Positions 1 to 13,820 of a DNA stretch of 64,000 nt are shown here, in pieces. The stretch is from Girardia tigrina (Eukaryota): NCBI GenBank assembly GCA_001938485.1, contig MQRK01244263.1, forward strand, positions 1 through 64,000. The letters run 5' to 3'. The first letter of the stretch is position 1; the number at the start of each line of letters is the position of its first letter. The notes under the pieces are model-generated. The model saw only the letters and a program-made list of their open reading frames with translations. It had not been told where the DNA came from and ran no database searches. Both the position numbers and the translations under genes were made by a program.

Positions 1-792
1 AGGCAGATGGGAAAGATTCATAAGATCGGCCGATGGGTACCATATCAATTGAACGATAGGCAGATGGAGAGTCGCAAAACCACTTGTGAAATCTTTCTTG
101 CACGATACAAAAAGAAGTCCTTTTTCCATCACATCGTTACTGGGGACGAAAAGTGGATTTATTTTGATAATCCTAAACGAAAAAGATCACGGGTAGACCC
201 GGGTACGCCATCCACATCGACAGCCAGACCAAATCGCTTTGACAGAAAGACAATGCTCTGCGTTTGATGGGACCAGAAGGGTGTGATTTATTATGAACTA
301 TTAAAACCCGGTGAAACGGTGAATACTGAACGTTACAAACAACAGTTGGTCGATTTAAACCATTCGCTGCTTCAAAAAAGACCTGAATACCTCAAAAGGC
401 AACACACGATTATTCTTCTCCATGACAACGCTTCGTCACATACATCAAAACCAGTTCGCGCCATGTTGGAGGAAATGAATTGGGAAGTTTTACCTCATGC
501 GGCTTATTCACCAGACTTGGCTCCTTCAGATTACTTTTGTTTGCATCGATGGGTCACGCACTTGCTCAGCAGCGCTTTGATTCTTACGAAAATGTGCAAA
601 AATGGGTCGATGAATGGTTCATGGAAAAAAGGAAGACTTTTACTGGCGATGTATCCACAATTTGAGATATAGATGGGACAAATGTATCATTAGTAATGGA
701 ACATATTTTGAATAAAGCTTTTTTTATCGTTCTTTTGTTTTTAATGTATTTCTTTTAAAAATTTAATCCGCATTTCATACTTGTACACCTAA
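1..792 (+). mobile_element. Mariner (Mos1/mauritiana-like, DD34D) transposon, 3' portion; transposase pseudogene
   Basis: Motifs WVPYQL, IVTGDEKW, LLHDNA, YSPDLAPSDY, LFASMGHAL; in-frame TGA (CV*WD) and a frameshift near 535. Right TIR AATCCGCATTTCATACTTGTACACCTAA (765-792) resembles the Mos1 TIR and is followed by TA. Confidence 0.95.
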
Positions 793-794
793 TA

Positions 795-1433
795 TAAGCA
801 CCTGCTGTTAATCTATTAACAGATCGGCAGTCATCAAATTACCTTGAAACCTGTTCATATTCCCTACCTGATTGTCAATAGTCTCGGCAGGAACTATAAG
901 CCCATATCGTTATCTATCAACATATCGACAGCCTTTAGGATGTTCCCAAACCTCCATCAACTTCAAAAAAAGAAATAAGATCTAAAAATTATTAAGTTCA
1001 AAACAATATTTTCAATAAAATTTATTCAATGAAAAAGTCTGATCTAGTGCACAAATTCGGATCAATTTATACAGTTTTCCTTTACACAAAATTTCACAAA
1101 GCCTATAACCGGACAATTCTCACAATCAACCTTTAATCATCCATCATTAAGTCAACAGTCCTCAGACAGACACAACCCGGCGACGGCCAAAATTCCGATC
1201 AAAATTCCCACATTCACAAATCAGGTCATCAAATTCTCACAAGAAAATATTCAAATCAACAGGATCCATGAGTCAAAATCAATTAAGCCTCTTTTTTAAT
1301 TAATTAATATTATCAATTATAATTATAATCTTTCATTTTTTAGATTCTGGGAGTTCTTTCTTTGCTTGCCTCGGTGCCGGTGCAATGAATAGGCCCGAGG
1401 CTGAGTTGAAGGAAAAACTCACAGGTCCCAACA
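795..1433. mobile_element. Possible LTR remnant
   Basis: GC-enriched non-coding segment ending ...GGTCCCAACA, like the ...CCCCAACA end of the solo LTR at 21467-22553. Left end not visible. Confidence 0.2.
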
Positions 1434-2299
1434 TTAGCCATAACATGAAAAGAATTTATTTATATTAATATATGGAAGACCTTATTTCTTGAGCGTGCTA
1501 AAAAGATTGTGGAAGCTGTTTGATAAAAAATCAATTTGATACACAGGCTGTAATTAAAAACACTCCGATTTAAATTTGAAGTGGTTTCTAAATTTAAACA
1601 TCGTTATGAAAATGAACCAATCAAATCGTCACACGATCAACAAGTCAGACTTGCTGATTCCAAGAATTAGTCTAAAAAAGTATATCTTATTAAAATTCAA
1701 AAATAATGTTAAAAATTATCAATTCAATTTTATAATTTGATGATTAAGAAATATGTAATCTAAATTATATGGGAAATTAATATTATAACAAAATGATATA
1801 TTTTAAATATATTATATTTTTTGATGGAAAGTTTCAAATGTCTAAAAAGGGAATTAAAAATATATATTTAGTCACAGATTTTAATCATAAATATAGTATT
1901 AATAAATATTATAGGTATTAATAAATTCGTAGTTGTTCCGCTATTTTAAATGAATTAAATCTATGATATGAATTGAGATCACGTGATTAAAGAATCATAT
2001 AAAATAAAATATAATTGTCATTTCAACTTGTATGTTGTATCTGGTTTCTGTCGGAAAAAAATAAAACAGAATAAGAGACCAAATCAAATTTTATTAAGAG
2101 CCGAAAAGATTTTTTCACAAAAATTAATTTGTTTTAGTTATTAATCAGTCATTAATAATTGTAAATATAAATTATAAATACTTTGTTCAAACAACTTTGC
2201 TTTTAAATTCGTTAAAAGCTAATATAATCAATGTAAACATGATTACATTATGTTATTATTCGAAGAAATGATAATGGAATGTATCAAATTTGTAATATA

Positions 2300-2765
2300 C
2301 AGGGTGATCCAATGGCCACAAAATGGGATCGATGTAAATGATCATACAAAAAGTACACAATTCTAAGTCAAATTACATTATTCGAAATTCCCAGACAAAT
2401 TAAGTGTCACTGGAAAGAGGTTTTGAAGTTGTGTACTAATATACGGTAATTTTTGATATGGAGGAAAAGTTTCGTGAGGTTTTGCTTAACGAAATGTTTT
2501 TAATTTTTTTAATAATTATTAATTAAAGTTTTATTTATTTTTCTTAATTGATTCAATCGATTTTTATAAGTTTTGAAAATTTTTGAAAACTATTATTGAT
2601 TTTGAACCATTTTCTTTATCACAAAACAAATTAAACATTCTTAAGCTACATAAAGAATCTTTCTATCGACTCCTAATTTGTCACGAAATTCGAAGTACGG
2701 TAATTTGACCAAGATTGTGTAATTTGTGTATGTTCTCTTTACCTATCCTCATTTGTTAGATATCT
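2300..2765. mobile_element. Degraded Tc1/mariner-type MITE with long TIRs
   Basis: Starts TA|CAGGGTGATC; 2320-2418 is an imperfect inverted copy of 2660-2757 (tacacaattctaagtcaaattac...gacaaatta versus taatttgtc...gtaatttgaccaagattgtgta). Confidence 0.6.
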
Positions 2766-3818
2766 AAATACTTCTCTTGACGAGCTGATTCCATTTCTAT
2801 AAAAATATTGCATTAAACATAGTGTATCCATATTTAAAATAGAAAACTCTTGTAATACAGGACTTTTTCAAAACAATTTTATTGATTTTTCACTCCTGAT
2901 CGAACATAGGTAGTCGATCGTCTATAAAAGTTTATCTGAAAATTTATTCCAATTTTTATAATTAATATATCATATTATTTATTTTTTTATGAAAACTTTT
3001 AAAATAATTTTCTTATTAGTGATTTATTTTAAAGAAAAAATCTCTTATGAATAAAATCATAAGTAAATTGTAACGGTTATATATACTTTTACTTACATAT
3101 CACCGTCAGTTTAATAGAAATAAAACTATGATGCTGTTGAGTAGAGAAAGTATTCGAATGTTAACATGGACTTGATTGAATTAACTCAACAATAAGAGGG
3201 TTTAAAGCTCAAATCATTGACTTAAAATTAGATGGGAAGTTAGAAAACAGCTGCCAGTAAATCGGTGTTCAGTTGAACAATATTTTAAAGTATTAATTTT
3301 CAATGAACGAGCTAAATTTTAAAACACAAAAAAGAATTATATTAAAATATTGTTGTTAATTATGGTTAATAATTAAATACTTTATGAAACAGAAAGAAAA
3401 TTGAAACATAGATATGCATCAATATATATTCAATCATTCTTAAAAAATAGAAGGTAAATTGTTCTAAATATATATTTCTACATAAATTATTTCGATACAT
3501 ATAAGACACAGATACGAATTACAATACCAAGACAATGACCATGATCACAAGTTAAATTAATAGGAGTTATGCTTATTGTCAATTATACTGGCAACAAGAT
3601 ACATGAAATCGATTTACCAAACGGTAAATGTTCCAAACAATTTTTAGGTGAAAATATTATTGTAGAGAAGTCATAGTTATATATCAAAGTTCTGTATGAG
3701 TTTCGGTTCCGCGTAAAAATAAAGTTGTAAAATGAGGGTAAAATTAAGTAAGACCAAATGGCCAATTATATCACTATCTCGAATGGAGTTCCTTGGATTA
3801 AGGTTCGTCCACCTCTGA

Positions 3819-3967
3819 TATAATTTTCAATATGCTGATAAAATACAATTTTTACAAAAAATACTACAATAATAATAATAATAATAATAACGATAATAAT
3901 AATAATCATTACCTCTTATATAATTTTCAATATGTTGATAAAATACAACTTTTACAAAAGATAATAC

Positions 3968-4036
<69 letters not shown>

Positions 4037-4112
4037 GATAATAATAATAATCATTACCTCTTATATAATTTTCAATATGTTGATAAAATACAACTTTTAC
4101 AAAAGATAATAC

Positions 4113-4166
<54 letters not shown>

Positions 4167-4270
4167 GATAATAAAAATAATCACTACCTCTTATATAATT
4201 TTCAATATGCTAATAAAATACATTTTTACAAAAAAATCATACAATAATATTAATAACAATAATAAAATAA
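3819..4270. repeat. Compound tandem repeat (about 4 units of 100-145 bp), each with a variable (AAT)n tract
   Basis: Unit TATAATTTTCAATATG(C/T)TGATAAAATACAA...CAAT(AAT)nAACGATAATAA...CATTACCTCTTA recurs at about 3819, 3918, 4063 and 4193. Confidence 0.9.
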
Positions 4271-6095
4271 TAATAATGATATTACTACTGATAATCCTAA
4301 TGAAATGTATAAAATAATTTTAATATTTTTTCAAGTATTTTATATATATGTATAATTTTATAATTCGAATTTTTATTTATACTTTTAGCTAAACTGATTA
4401 AATTATTTTAAAATTACATGTTCTAATCAAAACTCTAATCTAAATTAAATAAAACTATATTTTATTAATTAAAAAACTGTTTATTATCTATTTAAAAAAT
4501 TTTAAAACATTTTTGCCAAATTTAAATATAAAATTTTAAATAAATGACGAAAATTGTATTTATATATGTAAAAAAAACTTATAAATTGTTTCGTTTCTAT
4601 TATTAAATGTTTTTAAATATATTTGTAATTAAAATGTCGTATGTGCAAATATGTTTAAAAGAATTAAAATAAAGGTCGCGGAACACAAACTCAGAGTTAC
4701 AGAAATTAAATATAAGTATTATCATTCTCTAATTAATTTTATTTTCACCTAAAAATTATTTATATTTCATTTTTCGTTTTTCTATGGAATGACATTTACT
4801 TGGATCGAGACCAGATGTAAATGAATAATGCCTAATCTTTTGGAAAATAATCATTTGCGGTTTTTCGGATTCAACGGATCCTAAATTAGAATTTAAAAGA
4901 AATACAAAAATAATAATATAAATATTTTCAAAAATCGTATTTTAATCATTCACAATTATTTTGCAAAAATATCACACAACTATAGGGATTGTGCAACATA
5001 AACGTACAAGATTGAACCATAGACTTTTGCTTTGAGCTCTTCTATTTATCAACACGGTTATCAATGTTATTTATAAATATTTATTTCTATCATTCGTTTA
5101 AATTTTCAATATTTTATCAAGATCGATTTTATATGCAATATTATGCATTACAAAGTTTGACTTCTTACAATCCTTCTAATTTTATCTTTACCGAAGAAAA
5201 TTTCCCAAATTCGTCATGAGGAAAAATTTAGAATTTTGTAAGTTTTTTTGTTTGTATGTGGCTTAGATTGGTGATTCTCCTAGCCAGATTGGGTTGCTAT
5301 GTTATTGATTAATTATTTAAATCTTATGAGATTAATGTTTAAATACGTCGAAAAATTGAGTGGATTAAGAAAGTCAAAAACAAATCAATTAGGAGTTGAA
5401 AGTTGTGATTAATTAAAAACTTGTTTAAATATTCTAAGAAGATTGTAAATAATAAATATATTCTATTAATTGAAATTTTAAGTTCTGATTTGAAACTTGG
5501 AAATATAACCATAAAATTAAAATCCTAATATTTTTACTAACTAATCTGATTTTTAATCACCATTTTAAAATCGTCTGTATATAATGTTTTACTTTCGTTA
5601 TTTAGCCATACGTTTAAACATTGAATTAATTTTAAAGTTATATTATTTGATTTTACTTAATTTTGATATTTTAGAGTTATTCTTTAATTTGACTTGAACT
5701 ATGAAATAAATTTTTATTTTTAAAATTATTAGAAAGTATTGTCACTTATAAAAATTTGTTTCAATAAAAATTTCAATAAAATTCAGATTTTAAATATTTT
5801 ATATATTTTTAATTTTAAAATATTCAAAAATTTATGAATTCGCCAAAATCTTAACAATTTAAGTTATTAATATATAATTATTTGCAATTAAAGTTTACGA
5901 ATACTTTACACTAAAACGCATAAAGATTTGCACATTAAAAGTAATTATTAAAAGCAAACTTTAAATTTAAAAAAAATATTAAAAAATAAATAGAAAGATA
6001 TTATAAATAAAATAAAATTATATATTAATTGAAGATTATTATGATTGAGAAAGTTTTATTCTGAAATTTTGAATAAAAATTATTACATAAATTAA

Positions 6096-6480
6096 TGGAT
6101 TAGTGTATAAACAATGATTCACAGAACATCCGCTTGAAATTACATTAAGAAATTTTGTACAATGGAAATTCTTCCTTTGAAATGCATTAAATTCTATTCG
6201 TAAAAAACAAACAGTAATGAAGAACCTTACTCAAATAACTCAACTGTAAATACTCAAGAATCCGTGTTTTTAGTAGACGATTTATCTCTCGAATGTAAGA
6301 GTTTTAAATTATTGGACAATTAAGTTAGTTTAAAAATTAGATTCAATACCCAAACCATTCTCAATTTGTGTCATCTACAACTTTGTATTTTGTTTGTGTT
6401 GGAAACTATTTCGAAATACTATTTTAAATGCTCTAAACCCTTTATTTATTTCTGCTATTCAATGTTTTGTTTTATTATAA
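6096..6480 (+). pseudogene. Decayed two-exon gene with hydrophobic C-terminal half
   Basis: 46-nt GTAAGA...TTAG intron (6295-6340) joins ...NSNEEPYSNNSTVNTQESVFLVDDLSLE-Y-SIPKPFSICVIYNFVFCLCWKLF... in phase; the upstream part has in-frame TAG/TAA and a frameshift. Confidence 0.35.
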
Positions 6481-7019
6481 TTTTCTTTATCAGTGTTCGT
6501 GTACATATGTTATGTGCTCTATTTGTTTGGTCGTTTACATATTTTACATTTAAGAATATTTCGACTATGATTCAATAAATCAGAAGTAGGAGATGAATGC
6601 AAAACTCAATGAACTATGTTTCTTTGAATATAATCTAATTCAGTTAGGTATCCTACATTTATGCTAGAATGCAAAGAAATATAAGTTTATTATTTAATTA
6701 ATATTCTGTAGTAAATTTAATATCATTGAAAAAAAATAGCAACTTGAACTGATCTTCAAGTCTATTTTTTTTACTAAGAAATAAAAATATTCAACGAAAT
6801 TAACAACTTTTAACAGGAATATCGCTATTAAAATTTTGAGAAATAAAAATAAATAAAAAATACCACATTAATCATAAACTTTATTTAATGTCATTTACAG
6901 CATATAAATTGAGGCGAAATAACTCTGCGCGGTAAATAATCAAGTTCTGTTTTCAAGATTTTTTTCAAATATTCAAACAACAACATGAATTTTCATTAAA
7001 TTTGATATTTATTTTTCTT

Positions 7020-7139
7020 TCACCAAAATAAATGATTTTTCTTCGCGGTATCCTCACCAAGCGACACTCGATTCACATTCAATAAATTACCCGAAACAAA
7101 ATTCGAAGAGAAAATCAAATTTCCGTATTTAAATTCCAT
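7020..7139 (-). pseudogene. AGBL5: N-terminal fragment of a cytosolic carboxypeptidase 5-like gene (tubulin deglutamylase family)
   Basis: MEFKYGNLIFSSNFVSGNLLNVNRV matches the AGBL5 N-terminus [25 protein letters not shown] and the CCP motif FxSxF(D/E)SGNL; the conserved D reads V. Stop after 39 aa, or donor GTGAGG near 7057. No downstream CCP exons seen. Confidence 0.6.
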
Positions 7140-7777
7140 TGGGCTTCAATTAAAAAAAACGATAAAATTTTGAACGCCGAAAAAAATATCAAATTGATTT
7201 TCGAATTTTGGCAAATTGATTGATAATAATAAATCGAATAATAAATAATACTGAATAATAAATCGTTTGAAATAAAATAATAAAACCGAAATCGTTTTTG
7301 TGTTATGTTTTTGTCTTTTTCGATATTTTCACTCGATAAATTAGCTAGATCATAATAACACGATAAATCACCGGTTTTCTTTGTAAAATATGTGATAAAA
7401 AAAATAAAGTAAATAAACACACTACAGATCACATAAATTAAAATCACATACAAAAAAAAATTTAATTCACTTAATCCCGAATTAAATGAATTAAAATCAC
7501 ATACAAAAGAAAACAGTAAAAATATTTATACAATCATGATTAAGATCCTTCATGAATTTCAAGAATCACTCGATGAAGAATACTCTTGTGAATACCAGAA
7601 AGATATAATTTATGCATCTTAAACAATATTTATCTTTCAAAAGGTTATTTATCCAAAAGATCTACAAGAGATTCCAAAAGAATTGATGCCAAAGTTAATA
7701 TTAATTTGGAAATAATCTTAAAAGTACATTTTTGAGAAATAGCTGGTAAAGCTTTTTCAATTCTTAAAATTCTATTA

Positions 7778-8246
7778 GGGACTGTTCATCTAATACGTAA
7801 GGCTTAAGAAGGTGGGGGATCTGACGATTTTTGACATGAGGGTGGGGTGTGTTATATATTTTGTTACATAACACATTGGAAAATAATTGGCAATCTAATA
7901 AAAAATGTGAAATAAATTAAGATTAAGAAATTATAATTAACTGTAATAATACAAATATGTTGAAAAATTTCGTTCTTTCGTGAAATTCTCAGAATACGGT
8001 AAAATAAATTTAAAGTTAACTAGTAAATCAAGAAAGAACTAGATTTACTTAAAGTTTGGACACTCATTTGACTCGCCATATGGGGGAGGACAAATATTTA
8101 GAAAAATGGCTGAGTGAAATAAATGAAACAATTTATATTTTTCGATTATTAAATAAAAATTTGAGAACTTAAATTTTGGTGTTACATAACACTTTTTTCG
8201 ATGGAAAATTCTGATATTTTGTGTTATGTATTAAATGAATAACCCC
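7778..8246. mobile_element. PIF/Harbinger (Tourist-like) MITE
   Basis: TIRs GGGACTGTTCATCTAATACGTAA and reverse complement GGGGTTATTCATTTAATACATAA; 3-bp TSD TTA on both sides. Confidence 0.8.
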
Positions 8247-8775
8247 TTAAATTTTTTTGCATTTCGATCAAATATTTATTTTAATAAGTCGCTATTTATT
8301 TAATATTTTCCTTAATGTTTTGCATCTTAAAATTACCAATGACTGTGAGGAATATTTTAAATTTGGTATGTTAAAATTGGTTTGTTGAATTTTGTATGTT
8401 GAGTTTAGTATTTGGAAATGTGTTTCTCCCACCCAGATAGAAAATTGATATGTGGATGTTCACGATGAATAATTATTCGAGTATAATTTGCATTTTAAGG
8501 AACAGCATAAGATATTTAAAAAACTATAAAAATATTAAATTGTTTCAAATTTCAATATTAAAAATTTAAATAAAGTAAATAGTTTTTAACTAAGTTTTAA
8601 ATTAAATAAATGTTCTTTCTTTACATAAAAACATTTTTTAAATATAATTAATATGTAGATAAAATTATTACTAAAATTACAAAATTTGAACTTTAAAAAT
8701 AAAATCTGAAAATAATGAAAATTTTTTTCGAATAATTGTTTATTAAAAAACATTAACTAAAATTTATCAATTTAG

Positions 8776-8884
8776 AACGATGTCGAATTACGAAAGCTTT
8801 GCTGAGAGTTGTCCAAAAGGCAATTCTAATTGTATTGAAAATAAAAGTTCGAAAACCCATGTTGGTGTTCTTAATAATGGCAAT
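8776..8884 (+). other. Isolated candidate exon
   Basis: TTTAG acceptor and GTAAGA donor flank the open frame TMSNYESFAESCPKGNSNCIENKSSKTHVGVLNNGN within AT-rich DNA. Confidence 0.35.
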
Positions 8885-9081
8885 GTAAGAAAATATCGAA
8901 ATATGATCATATTTTTAAAGATAAAAGATTAGGAAAATAATATTATTTCAAATTTTTATATAAACTTCTCCTTATAGAAAAGTGGGATCTCAAAAGAATA
9001 AGATATTTTTTAAATGTTTATTGATTTTTGTAAATCTTTAAGAATTATAACATATAATGCTTAATATATAATACTGAAATA

Positions 9082-10399
9082 CTAGGTTGTCGCAAAAGTC
9101 GTATGGAAATTTATGTATAGTTACATGGGCACATAATTAATGTTCAAACTAAAATTTCATTATTCATAGAAACGTCTCTTATAATATTTAAGATAAAATA
9201 TGAAAATTTATTTATATAAACATCAAATTTTGTTTTAATATTTCATTTCGCGCGTCAAGTGACATTAATGAAATTTTAACAGGAATATTTACATTTTATG
9301 CATACACTTGATTTAAATTTGGTACACAAGTGAGCAACATTTTCATAGAACTTGAAACTTTTTGAGCTTGAAAAGCTCCTTGATTAAGAACGATACAAAG
9401 ATGGGTGAAGCGATTTAAAGACGAAACAAAAGAAACATTCAACGATGAAGCTAGTCTTGGAAGACAGCGCAGTTCAACAGATGGTGACTCAAAGGCAAAG
9501 GTAGAAGCAGCACTTTTAAATAATCCATTTTTATCACTAATAAGACTTGATTATTTCTTTGCCTTTGATAAGGATAGTTGTGCCAGAATGCTGCATAAAA
9601 TGAACTACAAAAATGTTTATGGCATAAGGGTTCCCCACAATCTCAATGAAGAAAGTAAGATTCAAAGAATGCAGTGTTTTCAAAACATTTTACATGTGTT
9701 AAGTCGGGAAGAAGTCAACCATAGATATACAATATAAAGAATGGATTTAGTCTGATAATTTGTCTCCTCGAAGCATTGAGCATGGATCCAAGCAGATGGA
9801 GATAGTCCTCAAATGCAACGTTTTTCTCCAATGACAAAGCACAAAACAATGTTGTCAATTTGTGTCTCTCCCAACGGAATAAAATTACTGGAAACACCTC
9901 AAGCATCATCAATAAACAGCGAGTTATTTGTAATTTTTTTAACACGCATGAAAGAGTTATATAGGAAACAAAGAAGAAATCCAATCAAATTCTCTGATCT
10001 TCTGCTGAAGATTTACAATGTCCCATCACACACAACTATTATTTAAAAGTTTCTTTGAAGAAGTGGCGTTGAAATTGTTAAACAGTCCCCTTACTCGCCT
10101 GACTTAAGTTTATGTGACATATTTCTTCTTAAGAACATGAAACATCACTTAAAAAGTTTTCAGATTTCATCTGAGAATGATGTGGTTGATGCAGAGACGC
10201 AATATATGGATAATCTTGATCCTTTACTACCTCAAGAATAGATTGAAAAGTTAAAATTACATTGTAGTAAAGTCATTTTGTTTCATAGTTGTTATATTGA
10301 TTGTGAAAAATATAATTTAATTTAATATTAAATATAATTTAATATTAATTTTTAAAATATTTCTTTTTTCTTTACAACAAAACTTTTGTAAAAACCTAG
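9082..10399 (+). mobile_element. Full-length but decayed mariner-like element
   Basis: TIRs CTAGGTTGTCGCAAAAGT and reverse complement CTAGGTTTTTACAAAAGT with TA TSDs; remnants RWVKRFK, RVPHNL, KTMLSICV, PYSPDLSLCD, MKHHLK; several frameshifts and stops. Confidence 0.9.
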
Positions 10400-11412
10400 T
10401 AAATAAATATTTAATATAATCATAAACAGTCTATTTTTTAATGTCTATTTTAAATTTTGAATCATTCTTTGAAGAATATTGTAAATTATATGTAAATATT
10501 AAAAATATTGTAAATTTGATTTTAAAATATTTAAATCTAAAACTCTCTAAACACCTATAAACATGAATAAATTCAAATGAATTTACTTTCATATCTAGGA
10601 TTTTCCATTTTGAATTTCGCTAAAAAAATAATATTAGCATTATGTAAAATGTTCTCAAAAATAAAATTAAACATTTATCAAAAACTAATATTTTATAAAT
10701 AAACATATTAATAAATTCTAAAAATACAACTAGGAATGATCTAAAAATTTACTTAAATTATAATGAAAAAATTGAGAGCATTTTTTTGCTGGTTATGATG
10801 CAGACTTGAGTTAAATGATATTTAAAGCTTATAAATAATGTATACAAGCAATGGAAGTTTGTTCCACTCACAATGTCAATACTTTAATATGGCAGTGCCA
10901 AACCATTAGAAACTTTCAAATAGTTGTAATTGAAAATCTGTATGAATATAATTTATGGTACGAGGCAAATAAAAGGTCAGTGGCATACCTAAAAAAACAA
11001 AAATATATAATTAAAAGGATATTAAAATATTAAAATCCTTTTTAAATATATATGTTTGTATTTGTGATTTTTTCAAATGTATAAAATAATTTTAAAATAA
11101 GACAAAATATGGGAATTGTTATCAATATCCAAAAATTTTTTAAACGAAACATTTTTCATTACAATTATTGGTTTTCGATGCAATCCATAAACTCTGATGA
11201 TTAAAGCAAATATCTCTTATCACATTTGTATTCCTCGTCTTTTTGTCTTGTGCTTAGTCACAGACTGATTTTGACCATTTACCTTACAAGTCATAAGAGC
11301 ATTCTGACCAGTTTTCAATTTCTAAATTATGATAATTCTCCAGAACTTCAAAATGAATTAATACATTATAACTACAAGTATATCTGTTACTTAAGTTTTC
11401 TTTTTACTTTTG

Positions 11413-11850
11413 TACTAATCTGATACGACAAAATTTATATGACAAAATTTGTTGACATGATGAGTGAATAATAACAGCAACATGGCTACGCCCACTTTTT
11501 GAACGGTTACCGTTGTCATGGTTACGGGTACCCCCTCCCCCCGGGGTAGTGAGATGGGATACTGGGGTCGAACATACATTTTTACCCTACTGGTTTGACG
11601 TCAATGGAACTAAAGACATAATTTTCTCAAAATAAAATATTACAAATATATACAAAAAATATTTTTTAGAGAAAATTACATTTTTATATGTGCATTAAAA
11701 TATATTTTAATTTATTCATGTATTGTGATCGGAAATGAGCATGTTTGCAAAGTTTCAGCCTAATTTAGCATTGGCAAGTCGTTGAAAAATAAATTTCAAG
11801 ATTTGTACAAGACAAACAGACAGATTTAGCCCATATAAAGGTGTGTAAAA
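11413..11850 (+). mobile_element. Helentron-associated non-autonomous element (HINE/DINE-like)
   Basis: Contains CGTTGTCATGGTTACG and the 3' block TGCAAAGTTTCAG...CAAGATTTG...ACAAACAGACAG...ATAAAGGTGTGTAAAA, as recalled for invertebrate HINE-like repeats. Confidence 0.5.
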
Positions 11851-11916
11851 GCAGACAAAATTGTTTAAATAATCCACGAAGCTGGTAGATATTTAAAGTA
11901 ATTTGAATATTAATAC

Positions 11917-12300
11917 CAGAGCCGTAGTGAGGGCGGTGCGAGCGGTGCGGTCGCACCGGGTGCATGGGCGCCAAAATCTGAAGGGGCGCCAAAATCGCAA
12001 AATGACCAATTTTGACTGATCAGATCTCTGTAGGCTAATCACTTTATAATAATAATTATAGTAGTCTTTTTTGTTTAATGGCAAAGCATCCATGAATTTA
12101 TCCGAATAAATTGATGTTTTCTTATAGCTAAGCGATGCAAGGCTTAAGCATCAATGCTGCGTCATAGAGCATGTGAATACGAACGTCCAAAGTCAATTTA
12201 ATTCTTTTAAGGCATAATTTGTAGTAGTGAATCTTTTTCGCGCATGGGGCACCAGATTTGAACTTCGCACAGGGCGCAATTTTTCCTTACTACGGCTCTG
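11917..12300. mobile_element. hAT (Tip100-like) MITE
   Basis: TIRs CAGAGCCGTAGTGAGG and CCTTACTACGGCTCTG; perfect 8-bp TSD ATTAATAC (11909-11916, 12301-12308). Confidence 0.92.
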
Positions 12301-12532
12301 ATTAATACTATTGTCGTAACAAAAATATTATTGATGTTTCAATGGAGTTATTTTCTCAACCAGGTAGTGTGCCCAACGAAACTAAAATGGCAGCCTTTGC
12401 CACAAACGTCGAATGTCAATATGCTATCCCCTAGCCTATGTGATACATGTATCCAATGTCAGAGGCAACATGAAGATGTGAAGTATGCAGATTTATAACA
12501 AAATTATTAGCAGTGATAACAGTGATAAGAGA

Positions 12533-12790
12533 ATGGATCCCGAAACAGAAGAGAATCGAACTCACCACACAGACTCATACATTACTATGACATGCAGGGG
12601 ATGTCAAAGTGTAACATTATTTGAAGGACAACGTTTACATGGAAGAAGAATATTCAAAAAAAGTGTAAAGGAAGTAATGAGAGAGAGGCTAGAATAAAAC
12701 AAAATAAAAAAAACGAAAACGGATACGTTGAAAACTAAGGAAGACATAATCACGATAAAAACAGTCTAATTTGTCGTATAGTATGACCTG
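12533..12790 (+). pseudogene. Ty3/gypsy integrase zinc-binding (H2C2) fragment
   Basis: Alternate frame reads WIPKQKRIELTTQTHTLL*HAGDVKV*HYLKDNVYME, later KRKRIR/TLKTKEDII. Confidence 0.7.
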
Positions 12791-13744
12791 GGTTCCGAAA
12801 GAGTGACTGAAGAAATGTGCCAGTAAATGCTTTTGCAGCGAATCTGAATCATATTGATTAAATTCAATGATTTTTACTCACGACACGAATAAAAATACGA
12901 ATAGAAAGACAAACTTTCTCTACAATCGCATAATCATGGAAATCGAAAATTTTATTAAAATTTACTGAATTTTTTTGAATTTTTCCAAAATTAAAAAAAT
13001 TTTTTAATTAGGTCTTTTACAGGAGGTTATTTTGATTCCCGATTGTCTTATGAAATATAATTTATTTTTTTATTTTATTTTAGATATTTTATTTCAATTT
13101 TATTTTGTTAAAACCAAAAAATCTCAAAAATAAATGATCTTTAATGGATCAAATCTGAAAAAATCAATAAATTAAGTATTTACATGTATGAATTATTCTT
13201 AATTTAACAATAAATCAATTCTATTTAACATATTTTAATAACTGGTTTGATGCCATGAACAAACTGAACGTTTTGAATTAAAAATTATCACAATAACAAT
13301 ATTAAAAAAAAATCATAAAAATTATTACGAATTATTTACTTAAATTTAAATAACTCTATAATGATATTCAAGTCTACATACAATTATGGTTCAACATAAT
13401 TACCACTCGATAAATTCATTAGCTTTATAAAGTTTCGTGAATCTAAGTACTAGGTTGTATAAATATTTTCTAATCAAATGTTTCAATATTTATAATGTTT
13501 CAATACATGTCAACAATAATTTTCGTATTAATCTATGAACATTTACAAATTTTAGGTAAACAGTAAAAAAATAAAAGATAACGATGAAGAACGGATAAAG
13601 TTAAGAAACACGACCCTAGAGATAGTTATGTTAGTTGTCAGTCGCGATCGCCATGTGATGGATTCGAAAAATCTTACCTATAGGTCAGGGTAACCCAAGA
13701 TTAAGTGTATGGTGTGTCCAGATAAATGTTCATATATGTCAAAT

Positions 13745-13820
13745 GCGGGAGCAGGCCTTTTTGGCCCCAAACCGTTTTGGTCCCAGCCATTTTGCTACCG
13801 TCGTTTTGATACCACCATGT
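13745..13820. repeat. Single end of a non-autonomous DNA transposon (MULE-like) with about 20-bp sub-repeats
   Basis: Tandem degenerate units ccttttttggcccc / ccgttttggtccc / ccattttgctacc / tcgttttgatacc; partner end not found. Confidence 0.3.

Noticed and set aside
3819-4270. CRISPR-like repeat-spacer appearance
   Set aside because: The spacers are (AAT)n tracts, there are no cas genes, and the context is eukaryotic.
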